Source of the DNA: Pseudobdellovibrionaceae bacterium
Lineage (GTDB): Bacteria > Bdellovibrionota > Bdellovibrionia > Bdellovibrionales > UBA1609
NCBI GenBank assembly: GCA_018663505.1
Contig: JABJQG010000046.1
Location: 614-64,613 of the forward strand
DNA: 64,000 nucleotides
Reading direction: 5' to 3'
The position numbers were made by a program, and so were the translations under genes. The notes under the pieces were generated by a model. The model saw only the letters and a program-made list of their open reading frames with translations, had not been told where the DNA came from and searched no databases. Below, one piece after another: positions 1-9,177 of this stretch. Every line of letters begins with the position of its first letter. The first letter of the stretch is position 1.

Positions 1-2
1 AT

Positions 3-3000
3 TCACCTAGAGAGAGTTATTTTGAATTAGAAAAGAGAAAGTGGTTCAGCTTAACAAGTATTAATAGTATTTATCAATTGGAAATTAGTACTGTATCAGC
101 CAAAGAGTTTGCTCAAGAAATTCTTGAGTTTGTGTCTTCACATATTATTGCAAAAGAACAAAACCAAGATTTAGCACAACTGTTTTATGAAGGCTTTAAG
201 AATTCTCAAGTTGTTGAATTGAGAGAACAAGCCCTTCGATTTAAGTCTGAAATAATCTTTGGAAAAACTATTGACGTAGCTAATATTATTTTGTCCTTAG
301 GGTCATTAGCAAAAGGAGTTGACCATTTCTTTAAGATTGATTTTTCAAAACAATTAAAAAATTTAAAAAATTTTTTCGAAAATAAAAAAGCTAAGTTACC
401 AAAAGCTAAACAAAATTTCAAAAAACGGTTAAGACACGGTGGGCTTGCATTTAGTCGAATCGGAACTAAAAGCTATGATTTATATAAAAAGTTTAATCCC
501 TTTTATCGTGGGAAACTGATTCATAAGACATTTGGATTAAGCGCAGCAGTTCATATTGGAGTAATCACGACCTATAGAGATGAACTCTTTAATTACGAAC
601 AGTCGAAATACTTAACACCTAAAGAAAAGGTGGCAGTGGAACAATTGAAAGTGGTGGAAGAAAAAAAACAACAAAGAAAAGAGTTACTATTGTTAATTGA
701 TGACTTTGCTGGATTTTATCAAATATTAATAGAGCAATATCCTATTATGACGGCATCTGACTACAGAGATTTTAAGCCTCAGTTTCAACTGTGGAGTAGA
801 GACACTTTAGTAAAGCAGATTCAGGATTTTTTAAATATTCCTGATGAGCAAAACCCCAATTTATTTGCTTCAGTGTTGATACAATCCGAAAAGCACTTAA
901 GTGTTGATGAGCGGCAGTTTGAGGATGATTTAGCGATGCAGGTAATAACAGATAACTATTTGCAACTTCAATCTAAAGTTAAAAAAATTGTAGAAACATC
1001 AAATGCAGAAAATTTCATTGCAAACTTTAGGAAACTTGTGGTTGAAGGCCCTCTAGAGAGCTATATGAGAGATAACCCTAGTCTCACTTCTCTAATGTTA
1101 GGTTGGGGAGGAAACTGTGTGGGCGAAACAGCTCTGTTAACATCCTTACTATACCCATATAAAGACAGTTTGCCTGGCAATTGGAAGTTGGGGATAGTCT
1201 TAGAACCGCTTCATATTGAAACCGTTTTATTTAATGATAATGAATTTGTTAAGATGGTGTCTGGGTCAAAACAATCAAGTGATGATAAGGCGTTCTATAA
1301 GTCAGAGTTTTTAGCATTATTAATGTTGAGAAACTTTTTGCCACAATCACAAATCAAGTTAGGGGCGAAAGATCTTATTGCTTTTGATAGTAGGTCAGAA
1401 CAGTTTAGTCTGGAAGAACTTTTAAAAGACGGATTTAATTTTAGTTTACCATCCTTAAAAGCTATGATGAGCTTGTTTGCAGCAATGTTTAAAAGAGAAA
1501 AAGGAGCATTGGATACTGTAAACGTAATGGATAATATTTCAACGTCAAGTTTAAGTAGTCTTAAAGAGAGCCTTGCAAATTTATCAGAGATTAAAGCTAT
1601 ACCTGAGCAGGCTAAAAGAACGTATCGAAAAGTGGTATCAGTGAAAACAAATCAAGAGGTACAGGAAAACTATCGCAAAGATCTTGTGGGGACAACAAGT
1701 GATGGTTCGAGGCAACAAGAGAGTTTAAAGCATTCAGGAAAAAATAATTTGGTCAGTAAATCTAAGAAGACTCAAGTTAAAACAAATAAATTTCAACTAA
1801 ATATAAAACAAAACTATCAGATGAATGGAGAAACAAAAGGTGCCGGTAACTATGAAGAGGCATTAAAAAGCTCAAATGGTAATTACAAGAATGGTCAGGG
1901 AAACAATGAGGAGTCTTCCGAAAAGGGGGGAGGAAATGTGCTTGGTAATAGTGTTTCACCAGTTAGTCTAGGATTAATAACTGATACAGGTATGGAGATA
2001 AATGCAAATACCGAAGAGTTTTTTGAGAAAATGAGTCTGCTTAAGTTAAAACCCAATTTATCTCAGTTAGATGTTTTAAAAGAGATTGTATATGTTGAGC
2101 AAGAATTTTTAATGAGTATGCTTGAAGAATCAAAATATGACAAATTGTCTTCAGTTGATTATAAATTAGAAGTTAATAATTGCAACAGGCTTGCCCCTTG
2201 TGAGTTAGATAGTTTTGATAAAAAAATGAACCCATTATTTGATGCCTATGACGCTTTTATTAAACCAATATATATTTATCAAGAAACACTGAGAAGTGAG
2301 AAGCGTATACATGAGCAATTATTTTCCCAAGGAAAAGTAGACAGAGAATTTGATTCTGTACGTTACCCAAATGTTAGCGATATTTATAAACTAACAAACG
2401 AAATATATAATCAGAAAATTCAAAGTATTTTTAATAACCGAATAGAGTTTACTCGTTATTATTCTAAAAACCCGAGAAAGTTTTTAGAATTATTTAATTC
2501 TTTTAATAACTTTCAGAGAAAATCACTGATGTCTTTTATGCTAAATTCTTCTTTTGAAAATATTGGGAGCAATGCACTTATGAGTGCTCGAAATCTAACT
2601 TTTTTACAGCAAGAATTATATGAAAACGTAAGTACTTATCTTTATATTTTAGACCAAATCAAAGTGATTTCCGGTGAAAACGTTATTACCTCAAACATTA
2701 TGCTACCTGTATTGCCGAATTTAATAGGTCCCTATCCAAGAAGTGGATTATTTATTGTTTATAACGAACATGAAAAGGTAAACAAGGACGCTGCTAACAA
2801 ATTTTCAGAACATCCTGATAAGATAGATAAATCGCTAGACAGCTCTAATGATACATTAAGCATTAGAGATGATGTTTTAATTGAAGCCACATTTATATTT
2901 GGAAAGGGACACCAGTTATGGGTCCCTAGAATGATCGATCTATTTCGAGATGGTTTTTTTGAAGATCATGGATTGAGTATAGATGAAATTAAAACATCAT

Positions 3001-3077
3001 TGGAAGAGGGATTAGAAGGATACCCTGGAGTTAAAGCAGAGATTTTTAAAGATATTGAAAGTTTAATTTATGAATAA
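3..3077 (+). CDS. large hypothetical protein, 5'-partial at the window edge
   Basis: Uninterrupted ORF of 999 aa from the TTG at 78. I read no in-frame stop between nt 3 and 78, so the gene probably starts upstream of the window. It has an N/G/K/S-rich low-complexity centre. No family recognised. Confidence 0.7.
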   Translation, partial: SPRESYFELEKRKWFSLTSINSIYQLEISTVSAKEFAQEILEFVSSHIIAKEQNQDLAQLFYEGFKNSQVVELREQALRFKSEIIFGKTIDVANIILSLGSLAKGVDHFFKIDFSKQLKNLKNFFENKKAKLPKAKQNFKKRLRHGGLAFSRIGTKSYDLYKKFNPFYRGKLIHKTFGLSAAVHIGVITTYRDELFNYEQSKYLTPKEKVAVEQLKVVEEKKQQRKELLLLIDDFAGFYQILIEQYPIMTASDYRDFKPQFQLWSRDTLVKQIQDFLNIPDEQNPNLFASVLIQSEKHLSVDERQFEDDLAMQVITDNYLQLQSKVKKIVETSNAENFIANFRKLVVEGPLESYMRDNPSLTSLMLGWGGNCVGETALLTSLLYPYKDSLPGNWKLGIVLEPLHIETVLFNDNEFVKMVSGSKQSSDDKAFYKSEFLALLMLRNFLPQSQIKLGAKDLIAFDSRSEQFSLEELLKDGFNFSLPSLKAMMSLFAAMFKREKGALDTVNVMDNISTSSLSSLKESLANLSEIKAIPEQAKRTYRKVVSVKTNQEVQENYRKDLVGTTSDGSRQQESLKHSGKNNLVSKSKKTQVKTNKFQLNIKQNYQMNGETKGAGNYEEALKSSNGNYKNGQGNNEESSEKGGGNVLGNSVSPVSLGLITDTGMEINANTEEFFEKMSLLKLKPNLSQLDVLKEIVYVEQEFLMSMLEESKYDKLSSVDYKLEVNNCNRLAPCELDSFDKKMNPLFDAYDAFIKPIYIYQETLRSEKRIHEQLFSQGKVDREFDSVRYPNVSDIYKLTNEIYNQKIQSIFNNRIEFTRYYSKNPRKFLELFNSFNNFQRKSLMSFMLNSSFENIGSNALMSARNLTFLQQELYENVSTYLYILDQIKVISGENVITSNIMLPVLPNLIGPYPRSGLFIVYNEHEKVNKDAANKFSEHPDKIDKSLDSSNDTLSIRDDVLIEATFIFGKGHQLWVPRMIDLFRDGFFEDHGLSIDEIKTSLEEGLEGYPGVKAEIFKDIESLIYE

Positions 3078-3092
3078 AAAAGGAGATAAATA

Positions 3093-3767
3093 ATGAGAAA
3101 AAAAATTATATTAATGAGTATAATAATTTCTAATTTTTTGTGGCCCAGTTTTGGTTACTCAAATATTGCTATAAATGGAGAATATAAGGACGAACTAAAT
3201 TATAATGGTTCCAAGCCTAAAATGCGATTTACTCAAATTGATGATATTATCAATATTTTTGACATTCAGTCAGATGGTTCAGAATTTAGTTATGAATTAG
3301 ACCTTTCTAAGAGAAAAAATACTTATGAAGGCGCTACCTTAGACGCAATTAGAGCCTCAAATCCATTTTTGGGACGTATTCTTAAAAAAGTTGAAATAAA
3401 ATATGCTAAATTTGAAGGTCAAGAGTTAACAGGAAAAATGTACGTTGACTTTGGATATACTAGCGATTTCGGCGAATTTACTATGTCTGTTAAAAGTGAA
3501 TTTAAGATAAATTTTAATATAATTAATAATGATAATTGGGACAATGAATTAAATAAAAGGATTCCTACAGCCTATGTTCATGCAAAAGTAAATTATTTTA
3601 AAAAAGCCCAGTTGCTAGAATTTAATATCACTCGCTTAAAAAGAGATTCTAAAACCAGTGGCCTTCAGGTAGCCAGTGATACATTGGGCTTACTATTTGA
3701 TTTTGTTATTGCAATGGCTGGCTCAGGTGAAGGTAGTAATGATAATTATTATAAGAAGGTCAAATAA
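3093..3767 (+). CDS. hypothetical secreted protein
   Basis: ATG preceded by AAGGAG, 15 nt after the upstream stop (operon-like). Hydrophobic signal-like N-terminus MRKKIILMSIIISNFLWPSFG. Confidence 0.65.
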   Translation: MRKKIILMSIIISNFLWPSFGYSNIAINGEYKDELNYNGSKPKMRFTQIDDIINIFDIQSDGSEFSYELDLSKRKNTYEGATLDAIRASNPFLGRILKKVEIKYAKFEGQELTGKMYVDFGYTSDFGEFTMSVKSEFKINFNIINNDNWDNELNKRIPTAYVHAKVNYFKKAQLLEFNITRLKRDSKTSGLQVASDTLGLLFDFVIAMAGSGEGSNDNYYKKVK

Positions 3768-3826
3768 TGATTAATATTTATGAGTTGAGGACTCTATTTA
3801 TTGTTATTTCTTAATATTGAACACTT

Positions 3827-4159
3827 TTATTCAAAATCACCAGGGCTATTGCACTCAATTGAAATTCTGCTTTTAGATAAATAAGGATGGTAAATAGTTT
3901 TCAACGTCTCAAGATCAGATGTTTGTATTACGAAATATGTTAAGAGTACATTTCGAATGCTTACTATCTTATTAGTTGTGGATTCAGAGAGTTTTTTGGC
4001 AAGGTGAGCTCCATCAACAAAGCTAAGATTATGTGGGTCACTGACTTGAACTATATAACTCGCTGGACTTTCGGGAGCACAGCTATGTACATTGGTAAAT
4101 TCGCTTGATATTGCAAATGAATTTGAGCTGAAAAATAAAAATACGAATATGAACTTCAT
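3827..4159 (-). CDS. small hypothetical secreted protein
   Basis: 110-aa ORF with signal-like N-terminus MKFIFVFLFFSSNSFA. AAGGAG lies 6 nt upstream of the ATG on the minus strand. Confidence 0.55.
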   Translation of the reverse strand: MKFIFVFLFFSSNSFAISSEFTNVHSCAPESPASYIVQVSDPHNLSFVDGAHLAKKLSESTTNKIVSIRNVLLTYFVIQTSDLETLKTIYHPYLSKSRISIECNSPGDFE

Positions 4160-4171
4160 TTAATTCTCCTT

Positions 4172-4198
4172 AAAATGGCCTCGTAGAGAGGCCATTTT
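4172..4198 (-). terminator. stem-loop between the repeat-protein gene and the next minus-strand gene (intrinsic terminator or attenuator candidate)
   Basis: AAAATGGCCTC-GTAGA-GAGGCCATTTT forms an 11-bp perfect stem with A/T runs on both sides. It lies 24 nt downstream of the stop of 4223..5644. Confidence 0.5.
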
Positions 4199-4222
4199 TA
4201 TGTTTATAATGGTTTAGTATTG

Positions 4223-5644
4223 TTAGTAATAGTCTTCCTCGGAATAACTATCTTCGTTATAATAGTCATCATCGGAAACTTCATCATAGGAATAGTCATT
4301 ATCCCATGTTCTTGCGGATTCCCAATCATCGCTATGGTTTCTATATGTGTAAAGCAATTCATTTGTGTAATATTCCATCCATGTAAAAGACTGTTGTGTG
4401 CTGTCACGAAGTAGGTACATATATGGTTTTGCTTCTGACATTTTCTCTTCAAGATTAAATAGCTCATATAAAGAGTTATCTAAATCACTATAGTTTTCAG
4501 CGGCACTGTTATATACTTGGGCTGCTGTAACTACGTCGTAGAGGGCTGAAAGGGCTTCGTCATCAGTTCTGCTATTGCCGAGTTGTTCTTCAGCTGCAAA
4601 ATATATATTTTGTGCATGATGTTCGATGGCCTCTGCAGTTTGCCTGACTTCTGCCATTCTCCAGTAACCGGCATCGGGATATGGAATGGGAAGTACAACT
4701 CTATAGCGGTGTCTAGGACGGTATGGACGGTAATCAGCATAATAATTCCACCATCTGGTGCGTCTCTGTTGCCATCTGTAGGCATCCCTGATTCGTCCAG
4801 AACGGCCAACTAATATTCTACGAGTAATATAGCGCCAACGGTTTCTTAAACGGTGTCTGTGGTCATGGCGTACAGTTCGGCCAATTCTTTTGTAGTACCT
4901 ATGGTGACGGTTGCCTCTTCGGATGCGTTTATTTCTAAGAACTTTTCTTTTGTGACGTCTCTGACGATCGGAAACCTTACGATGTGGGCCTCTTCTCTTA
5001 CCGTCTTTAATTCTGTCTCTACGATTTCGATCTTTGCCGATGCGATCGTTTCTTCTATCTCGGTTTGGACGATCCCTTTTTACACGGTCATTTCTTCTAT
5101 CCCGGTTAGGACGATCTTTTTTTACACGGTCATTTCTTCTATCCCGGTTAGGACGATCTTTTTTTACACGGTCATTTCTTCTGTCCCGGTTAGGTCGATC
5201 TTTTTTTACACGATCGTTTCTTCGATCTCTGTTAGGTCGATCTTTTTTTACACGATCGTTTCTTCTGTCTCGGTTAGGTCGATCTTTTTTTACGCGATCA
5301 TTTCTTCTATCCCGGTTAGGTCGATCTTTTGCTACACGGTCATTTCTTCTATCTTTATTGGGACGATTTCTTTTTACGCGATCTTGACGTGGTGTGGTCG
5401 CTGTGTCTTTTTTAACTCTTTTGTTATTTTGACGATTTTCTGTTTTATTGGATCTATTTCGCTTTGTTCTAGCGTTATCTCTTTTTTTAGCTCTATCAGG
5501 TGCTGTTTGTTTTTTTGTTCGGTTTTTCTTTTGCCGGCTTTGCCGCTGTGTTGTGTCTTTTTTGTTTGGTCTTTCTTTAGCCCCGGCACTTATGGATGTG
5601 ACCATAAACATCACAGCTAAAATAGACAGTAATATATGCTTCAT
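4223..5644 (-). CDS. secreted, extremely basic tandem-repeat protein with an acidic Tyr/Asp-rich C-terminal tail
   Basis: 473-aa ORF with signal peptide MKHILLSILAVMFMVTSISAGA. A K/R/N/Q-rich region is followed by about 8 copies of DRPNRDRRNDRVKK, then an Arg/His/Trp-rich stretch. The C-terminus ends ...SDDDYYNEDSYSEEDYY. Confidence 0.8.
   Translation of the reverse strand: MKHILLSILAVMFMVTSISAGAKERPNKKDTTQRQSRQKKNRTKKQTAPDRAKKRDNARTKRNRSNKTENRQNNKRVKKDTATTPRQDRVKRNRPNKDRRNDRVAKDRPNRDRRNDRVKKDRPNRDRRNDRVKKDRPNRDRRNDRVKKDRPNRDRRNDRVKKDRPNRDRRNDRVKKDRPNRDRRNDRVKRDRPNRDRRNDRIGKDRNRRDRIKDGKRRGPHRKVSDRQRRHKRKVLRNKRIRRGNRHHRYYKRIGRTVRHDHRHRLRNRWRYITRRILVGRSGRIRDAYRWQQRRTRWWNYYADYRPYRPRHRYRVVLPIPYPDAGYWRMAEVRQTAEAIEHHAQNIYFAAEEQLGNSRTDDEALSALYDVVTAAQVYNSAAENYSDLDNSLYELFNLEEKMSEAKPYMYLLRDSTQQSFTWMEYYTNELLYTYRNHSDDWESARTWDNDYSYDEVSDDDYYNEDSYSEEDYY
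5009..5368 (-). repeat. 42-bp (14-codon) in-frame tandem repeat, about 8 to 9 units
   Basis: Plus-strand unit ACACGGTCATTTCTTCTATCCCGGTTAGGACGATCTTTTTTT recurs head to tail. Units differ at a few positions that are synonymous in the minus-strand frame. Confidence 0.9.
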
Positions 5645-5680
5645 TAAACTCCCCCTTTTGGATTTTCAATAAGGGAGGGT

Positions 5681-5696
5681 TGCAATTACTAGACCA
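5681..5696 (-). promoter_or_regulatory. sigma-54-type -24/-12 box candidate
   Basis: Minus strand reads TGGTCTAGTAATTGCA (GG-N10-GC spacing, TTGCA at -12). It lies about 37 nt upstream of the ATG at 5644. Confidence 0.4.
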
Positions 5697-5760
5697 TATT
5701 AAGGGGTCACTTTGATACTCGCAAAACAGATACTTTGCTTATGTATTAAACAACAATTTG

Positions 5761-6675
5761 TTATTCTATTTGGCCATTATTTACATAAATTTTTATTTTG
5801 TATGCTTTTTCATCATACTGGGATTTAAAGGTGTCAATTTGACCATTATCCACTTTAAGTTGATAAACATATTTCTCACTTTTATGTGGATTAAATTTAA
5901 CCAGTCCATTATTAATTTTTACATCTAAGTTGGCACGTAATTCTTTAATATTAATTTTTCCGTTAACACCACGAATTATTAAATTAAGTTGATCTGGTAT
6001 TTTAATTTTACACTCACTGCCCTGAAAATCTGCTAAATTTAGATTGAGCTGTTCTCCCTTCTCTGTAATTTTTAAATCAGAAAAGTGGGCTTCCAGATCC
6101 TGTGAAATTTCACAATCCCAGGATAATGTTTGGCTTTTGGAGGGCTCTAGTTTGAGATCCATATTGGAGAAAACAATGTTAAAAGCTTGGATTTTGTCTT
6201 TATTGACCCCCATGCTGCCTTTAAAGTTTAATGTTTCATCATCGCTATTAAGACTATGGCCACCTATATACCACTGGCCGGTGTTAGGTAGTGTAATAAG
6301 GCCACCAAAAAGCTTTGTATTATTTGATGACTCCTCTAAAATTGGAGTCATGTTGTATAGCGCAACACCCGCAATCACTGTAAAGAGAATAATAGAGCTA
6401 AAAAAGATTAAAATGCCAGTGATCAGCCATTTGAAAAGTCCAGTTCCCTTTGAATTAAGGTGAGAAAGTCGGTGTGTCTTAATGTACTTTAGGGCTAATA
6501 GCTCTGGTTCACCAAGTTTAACTAAGAGGTCGTTTTCGCTAAGTTCTGGATGACTGAGTTTTAGCTCTTCCAGCTGGGTCTCTATCTCTTTTATAAATTT
6601 CATTTTATGGGTTAATGGAACTTTGCCCATAGTTATTTCAATACGCTCTATAAAACTGTCAAATGAATTTTCCAT
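5761..6675 (-). CDS. membrane protein with a DUF1700(HAAS)-like N-terminus and a DUF4097-like beta-rich C-terminus
   Basis: N-terminal helical region, one TM segment (LFKWLITGILIFFSSIILFTVIAGVALY), then a repetitive beta-rich C-terminus (VNGKINIKELRANLDVKINNGLVKF). Assigned from memory of these families. Confidence 0.55.
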   Translation of the reverse strand: MENSFDSFIERIEITMGKVPLTHKMKFIKEIETQLEELKLSHPELSENDLLVKLGEPELLALKYIKTHRLSHLNSKGTGLFKWLITGILIFFSSIILFTVIAGVALYNMTPILEESSNNTKLFGGLITLPNTGQWYIGGHSLNSDDETLNFKGSMGVNKDKIQAFNIVFSNMDLKLEPSKSQTLSWDCEISQDLEAHFSDLKITEKGEQLNLNLADFQGSECKIKIPDQLNLIIRGVNGKINIKELRANLDVKINNGLVKFNPHKSEKYVYQLKVDNGQIDTFKSQYDEKAYKIKIYVNNGQIE

Positions 6676-6739
6676 AAGATAGGTTTAACATGACTTTGAT
6701 CAAATTGACAAAGGGGAAAAATGGAACTTTAATATTTGT

Positions 6740-8002
6740 ATGAATAATAGTAAATATTTAATATATTTTGCCTTTATCGTGTTTTTTGTTGCTTGTGCTC
6801 GATCTCCCATTAAGCAAAAAAAACAAGCCATGCGACAATATTCTGGTGAAGTGAGTCTAGCTGATGATTTGGACTTTAAACATTTAATTTTAGGGATTCA
6901 GACTCATATTCAATATTTTGAAAAAAAAGATTTCAATAGTAAGCTCCGATTTGGCCCCCGTGAAATTACAGTGGGGGAGTATGTGGACGCTCTAAAATAT
7001 ATTATTAGGGGTCAGTATCCAGAACAAGTGGATAATATTCTGTTTTATAAAAAATTAAATGAGGTTTTTGATATTTTTGAAGTCTATGGAGGCAAAGACT
7101 GGGGTGATGTTTTTATAACTTCGTATTTTGATCCAGAAATTGAGGGATCAATAGTTAAAACAGAACGCTTTAGTGAGCCTCTATTCAGGACTCCAGAGGA
7201 TCTCGTAAGTATTAATATGGGAGCATTTATAGAGGCTTTTCCAAAGCTGAAGCCTATAGAAAAAAATGTTATAGAACAAAAATCTAGAGATCGTGTTGTG
7301 CGAGGTCGCTTGATAAAATCATCCACTGCTACTCAATATAAGGTGGTTCCTTATTACGATAGAGAGCAAATGGATAGCAAGTTAGTGTTGGCTTCCCTAA
7401 AAGATCAAATCATAGTTTGGGTAGATCCTATTGATGCATTTTTTTTACAGATCCAAGGGTCGGGCAGGGTTAGGCTGGCAGATGGCAAGAGCATTAAGGT
7501 GGGCTACGCCGCACAAAATGGCCACCCATACGTAGCTATCGGGCGATTTTTGTTAGACAAAATTCCAAGAGAAGAAATGAGCCTGCAAAAAATTGAATCT
7601 CATTTACGTTCTTTATCAGAAGTTGAGTATCGTGAAATATTAAATAAAAATCCTAGTTATGTCTTTTTTCAAAAGCTAGATACTAAGTCACTCACTTTTA
7701 TGGGCACTGAAGTTATTGAAGGGCGGACAATTGCTACAGATTATAGCTACTTTCCAAAAGGAGCTTTGGGTTATATTGAATATGAAAAGCCCATATACGA
7801 GAATGAGCATGAGCCTCCGGCCAAGTGGGTTAAAAGCTCAAGGTTTATTATAGATCAAGACACTGGAGGAGCCATTCGTGGTCCTCATAGGCTCGATCTA
7901 TACTGGGGATCCGGAGATGAAGCTAAAAAAGTAGCGGGCGTAATGCGAAACCCTGGCCGCTTATATTATTTTGTACCAAAAATTAAAAAGGAAAAACTAT
8001 GA
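6740..8002 (+). CDS. mltA: membrane-bound lytic murein transglycosylase A
   Basis: Lipoprotein-type N-terminus (FFVAC) and MltA-like body. The C-terminal 3D-domain motifs are IATDYSYFPKGALGYIE and IDQDTGGAIRGPHRLDLYWGSGDEA. Confidence 0.85.
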   Translation: MNNSKYLIYFAFIVFFVACARSPIKQKKQAMRQYSGEVSLADDLDFKHLILGIQTHIQYFEKKDFNSKLRFGPREITVGEYVDALKYIIRGQYPEQVDNILFYKKLNEVFDIFEVYGGKDWGDVFITSYFDPEIEGSIVKTERFSEPLFRTPEDLVSINMGAFIEAFPKLKPIEKNVIEQKSRDRVVRGRLIKSSTATQYKVVPYYDREQMDSKLVLASLKDQIIVWVDPIDAFFLQIQGSGRVRLADGKSIKVGYAAQNGHPYVAIGRFLLDKIPREEMSLQKIESHLRSLSEVEYREILNKNPSYVFFQKLDTKSLTFMGTEVIEGRTIATDYSYFPKGALGYIEYEKPIYENEHEPPAKWVKSSRFIIDQDTGGAIRGPHRLDLYWGSGDEAKKVAGVMRNPGRLYYFVPKIKKEKL

Positions 8003-9177
8003 AAATTAAAATACTTGCAGCCCTACTATCAATCACATTTTTAACTCAGTGTACTTATACTAAAGATAAAGTGGCAAAGAGGACGTGGCAATCTAAGATG
8101 GACCAATTTTCGGCCATTCTTACAGATTTGTTTCCACTGCTTGTGAGCGATGATAAATTTAGAGACCCAGTGAATAAAGATCGTATTCAATCTCATGTTA
8201 AAACTCTGAACACCTTAGCTCATAGTTTAAATGACAAAGATGATGCGGCCTCGGTTCTCATTGCTACATCCAATGACCCTAGTATGAGATATTTGTCTCA
8301 ATTACTAAAACATGAGCTGGATTCTGCTTTAGATGGCTTAGAGCTTGGAAAGTCGGATTACTCTAGAGTTGTGTTAAAAAATATAACCGGTATTTGCATA
8401 GAGTGCCACACCAGAGGAAAATGGGGCAAATCCTTTCAAAAAGATCTGGCAAATAGCTGGCAGTTTAAGGGTTTAGATACATTCGATAAAGCTCAACTTT
8501 ATACGGCCACAAGGCAGTATGAAAATGCTTTAACTATTTATGAAGGCATATTTAATAATTTTTCGAAAAATAAAGGTTTTCATTTTCGCTGGGAAAAAGC
8601 CGCTAAAATGGTTTTAAATCTAAGTGTTCGAATTAAGCAGGATCCAGATCTAGGATTAAAAACTGTAAATAAAATTTTGAAACATCCTAATGCCGCCTTG
8701 TTTTTAAAAAATAATGCACGTCAATGGAAACGAGATCTTCTTTCTTGGAAAAGAGAGAAACCTTTGACCTCAGAATCAGCAAAGTTTAAGTTTGCAAAAA
8801 AATTAATTAAAAGAGCCCAGTTAAATCAGAATTACTGGGGAGATAGTACCACATATGTTCTTTATCTCAGAGCATCAGGTATCTTACATGACCTTCTTAA
8901 TTCTTCTACGGTTAAAAAAGCAAAAAAAGCAGAATCTTTATATTTGTTAGGGCAGGCCTATGAGGCACTTTCAGCTCATAGTTATTCAAAGTTAAATGAG
9001 TATTATTATAAATCTTGTATTACTTACCAGCCACATAGTGCCCAGGCAGTAAAATGCTACCAAAGATATGAAGTGAGTGTATTTTTGGGGTATTCAGGTT
9101 CTGGCGGTTTTGCAGCACCACCAAGTTCTATGCAGCACCTGAGGTATCTTAAAGATTTAGCTATGCCTAAGATGTGA
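7999..9177 (+). CDS. hypothetical lipoprotein with a single CxxCH motif
   Basis: The ATG overlaps the mltA stop (ATGA). Lipobox-like LTQC, motif CIECH at about aa 133, and a helical repeat-like C-terminal half. Confidence 0.65.
   Translation: MKIKILAALLSITFLTQCTYTKDKVAKRTWQSKMDQFSAILTDLFPLLVSDDKFRDPVNKDRIQSHVKTLNTLAHSLNDKDDAASVLIATSNDPSMRYLSQLLKHELDSALDGLELGKSDYSRVVLKNITGICIECHTRGKWGKSFQKDLANSWQFKGLDTFDKAQLYTATRQYENALTIYEGIFNNFSKNKGFHFRWEKAAKMVLNLSVRIKQDPDLGLKTVNKILKHPNAALFLKNNARQWKRDLLSWKREKPLTSESAKFKFAKKLIKRAQLNQNYWGDSTTYVLYLRASGILHDLLNSSTVKKAKKAESLYLLGQAYEALSAHSYSKLNEYYYKSCITYQPHSAQAVKCYQRYEVSVFLGYSGSGGFAAPPSSMQHLRYLKDLAMPKM

Noticed and set aside
5009-5368. Regularly spaced 42-bp repeats as a possible CRISPR array
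   Set aside because: The units are contiguous with no spacers, the period is a multiple of three inside an intact ORF, and no cas genes or leader are present.
4853-5620. Long plus-strand ORFs (255 aa, 117 aa, 74 aa and others) antisense to the basic repeat-protein gene
   Set aside because: They are products of the 42-bp repeat staying open in several frames. Their translations are Ser/Phe/Ile-rich, low-complexity mirror images. The minus-strand frame has a signal peptide, an upstream promoter-like box, and synonymous-only variation between units.
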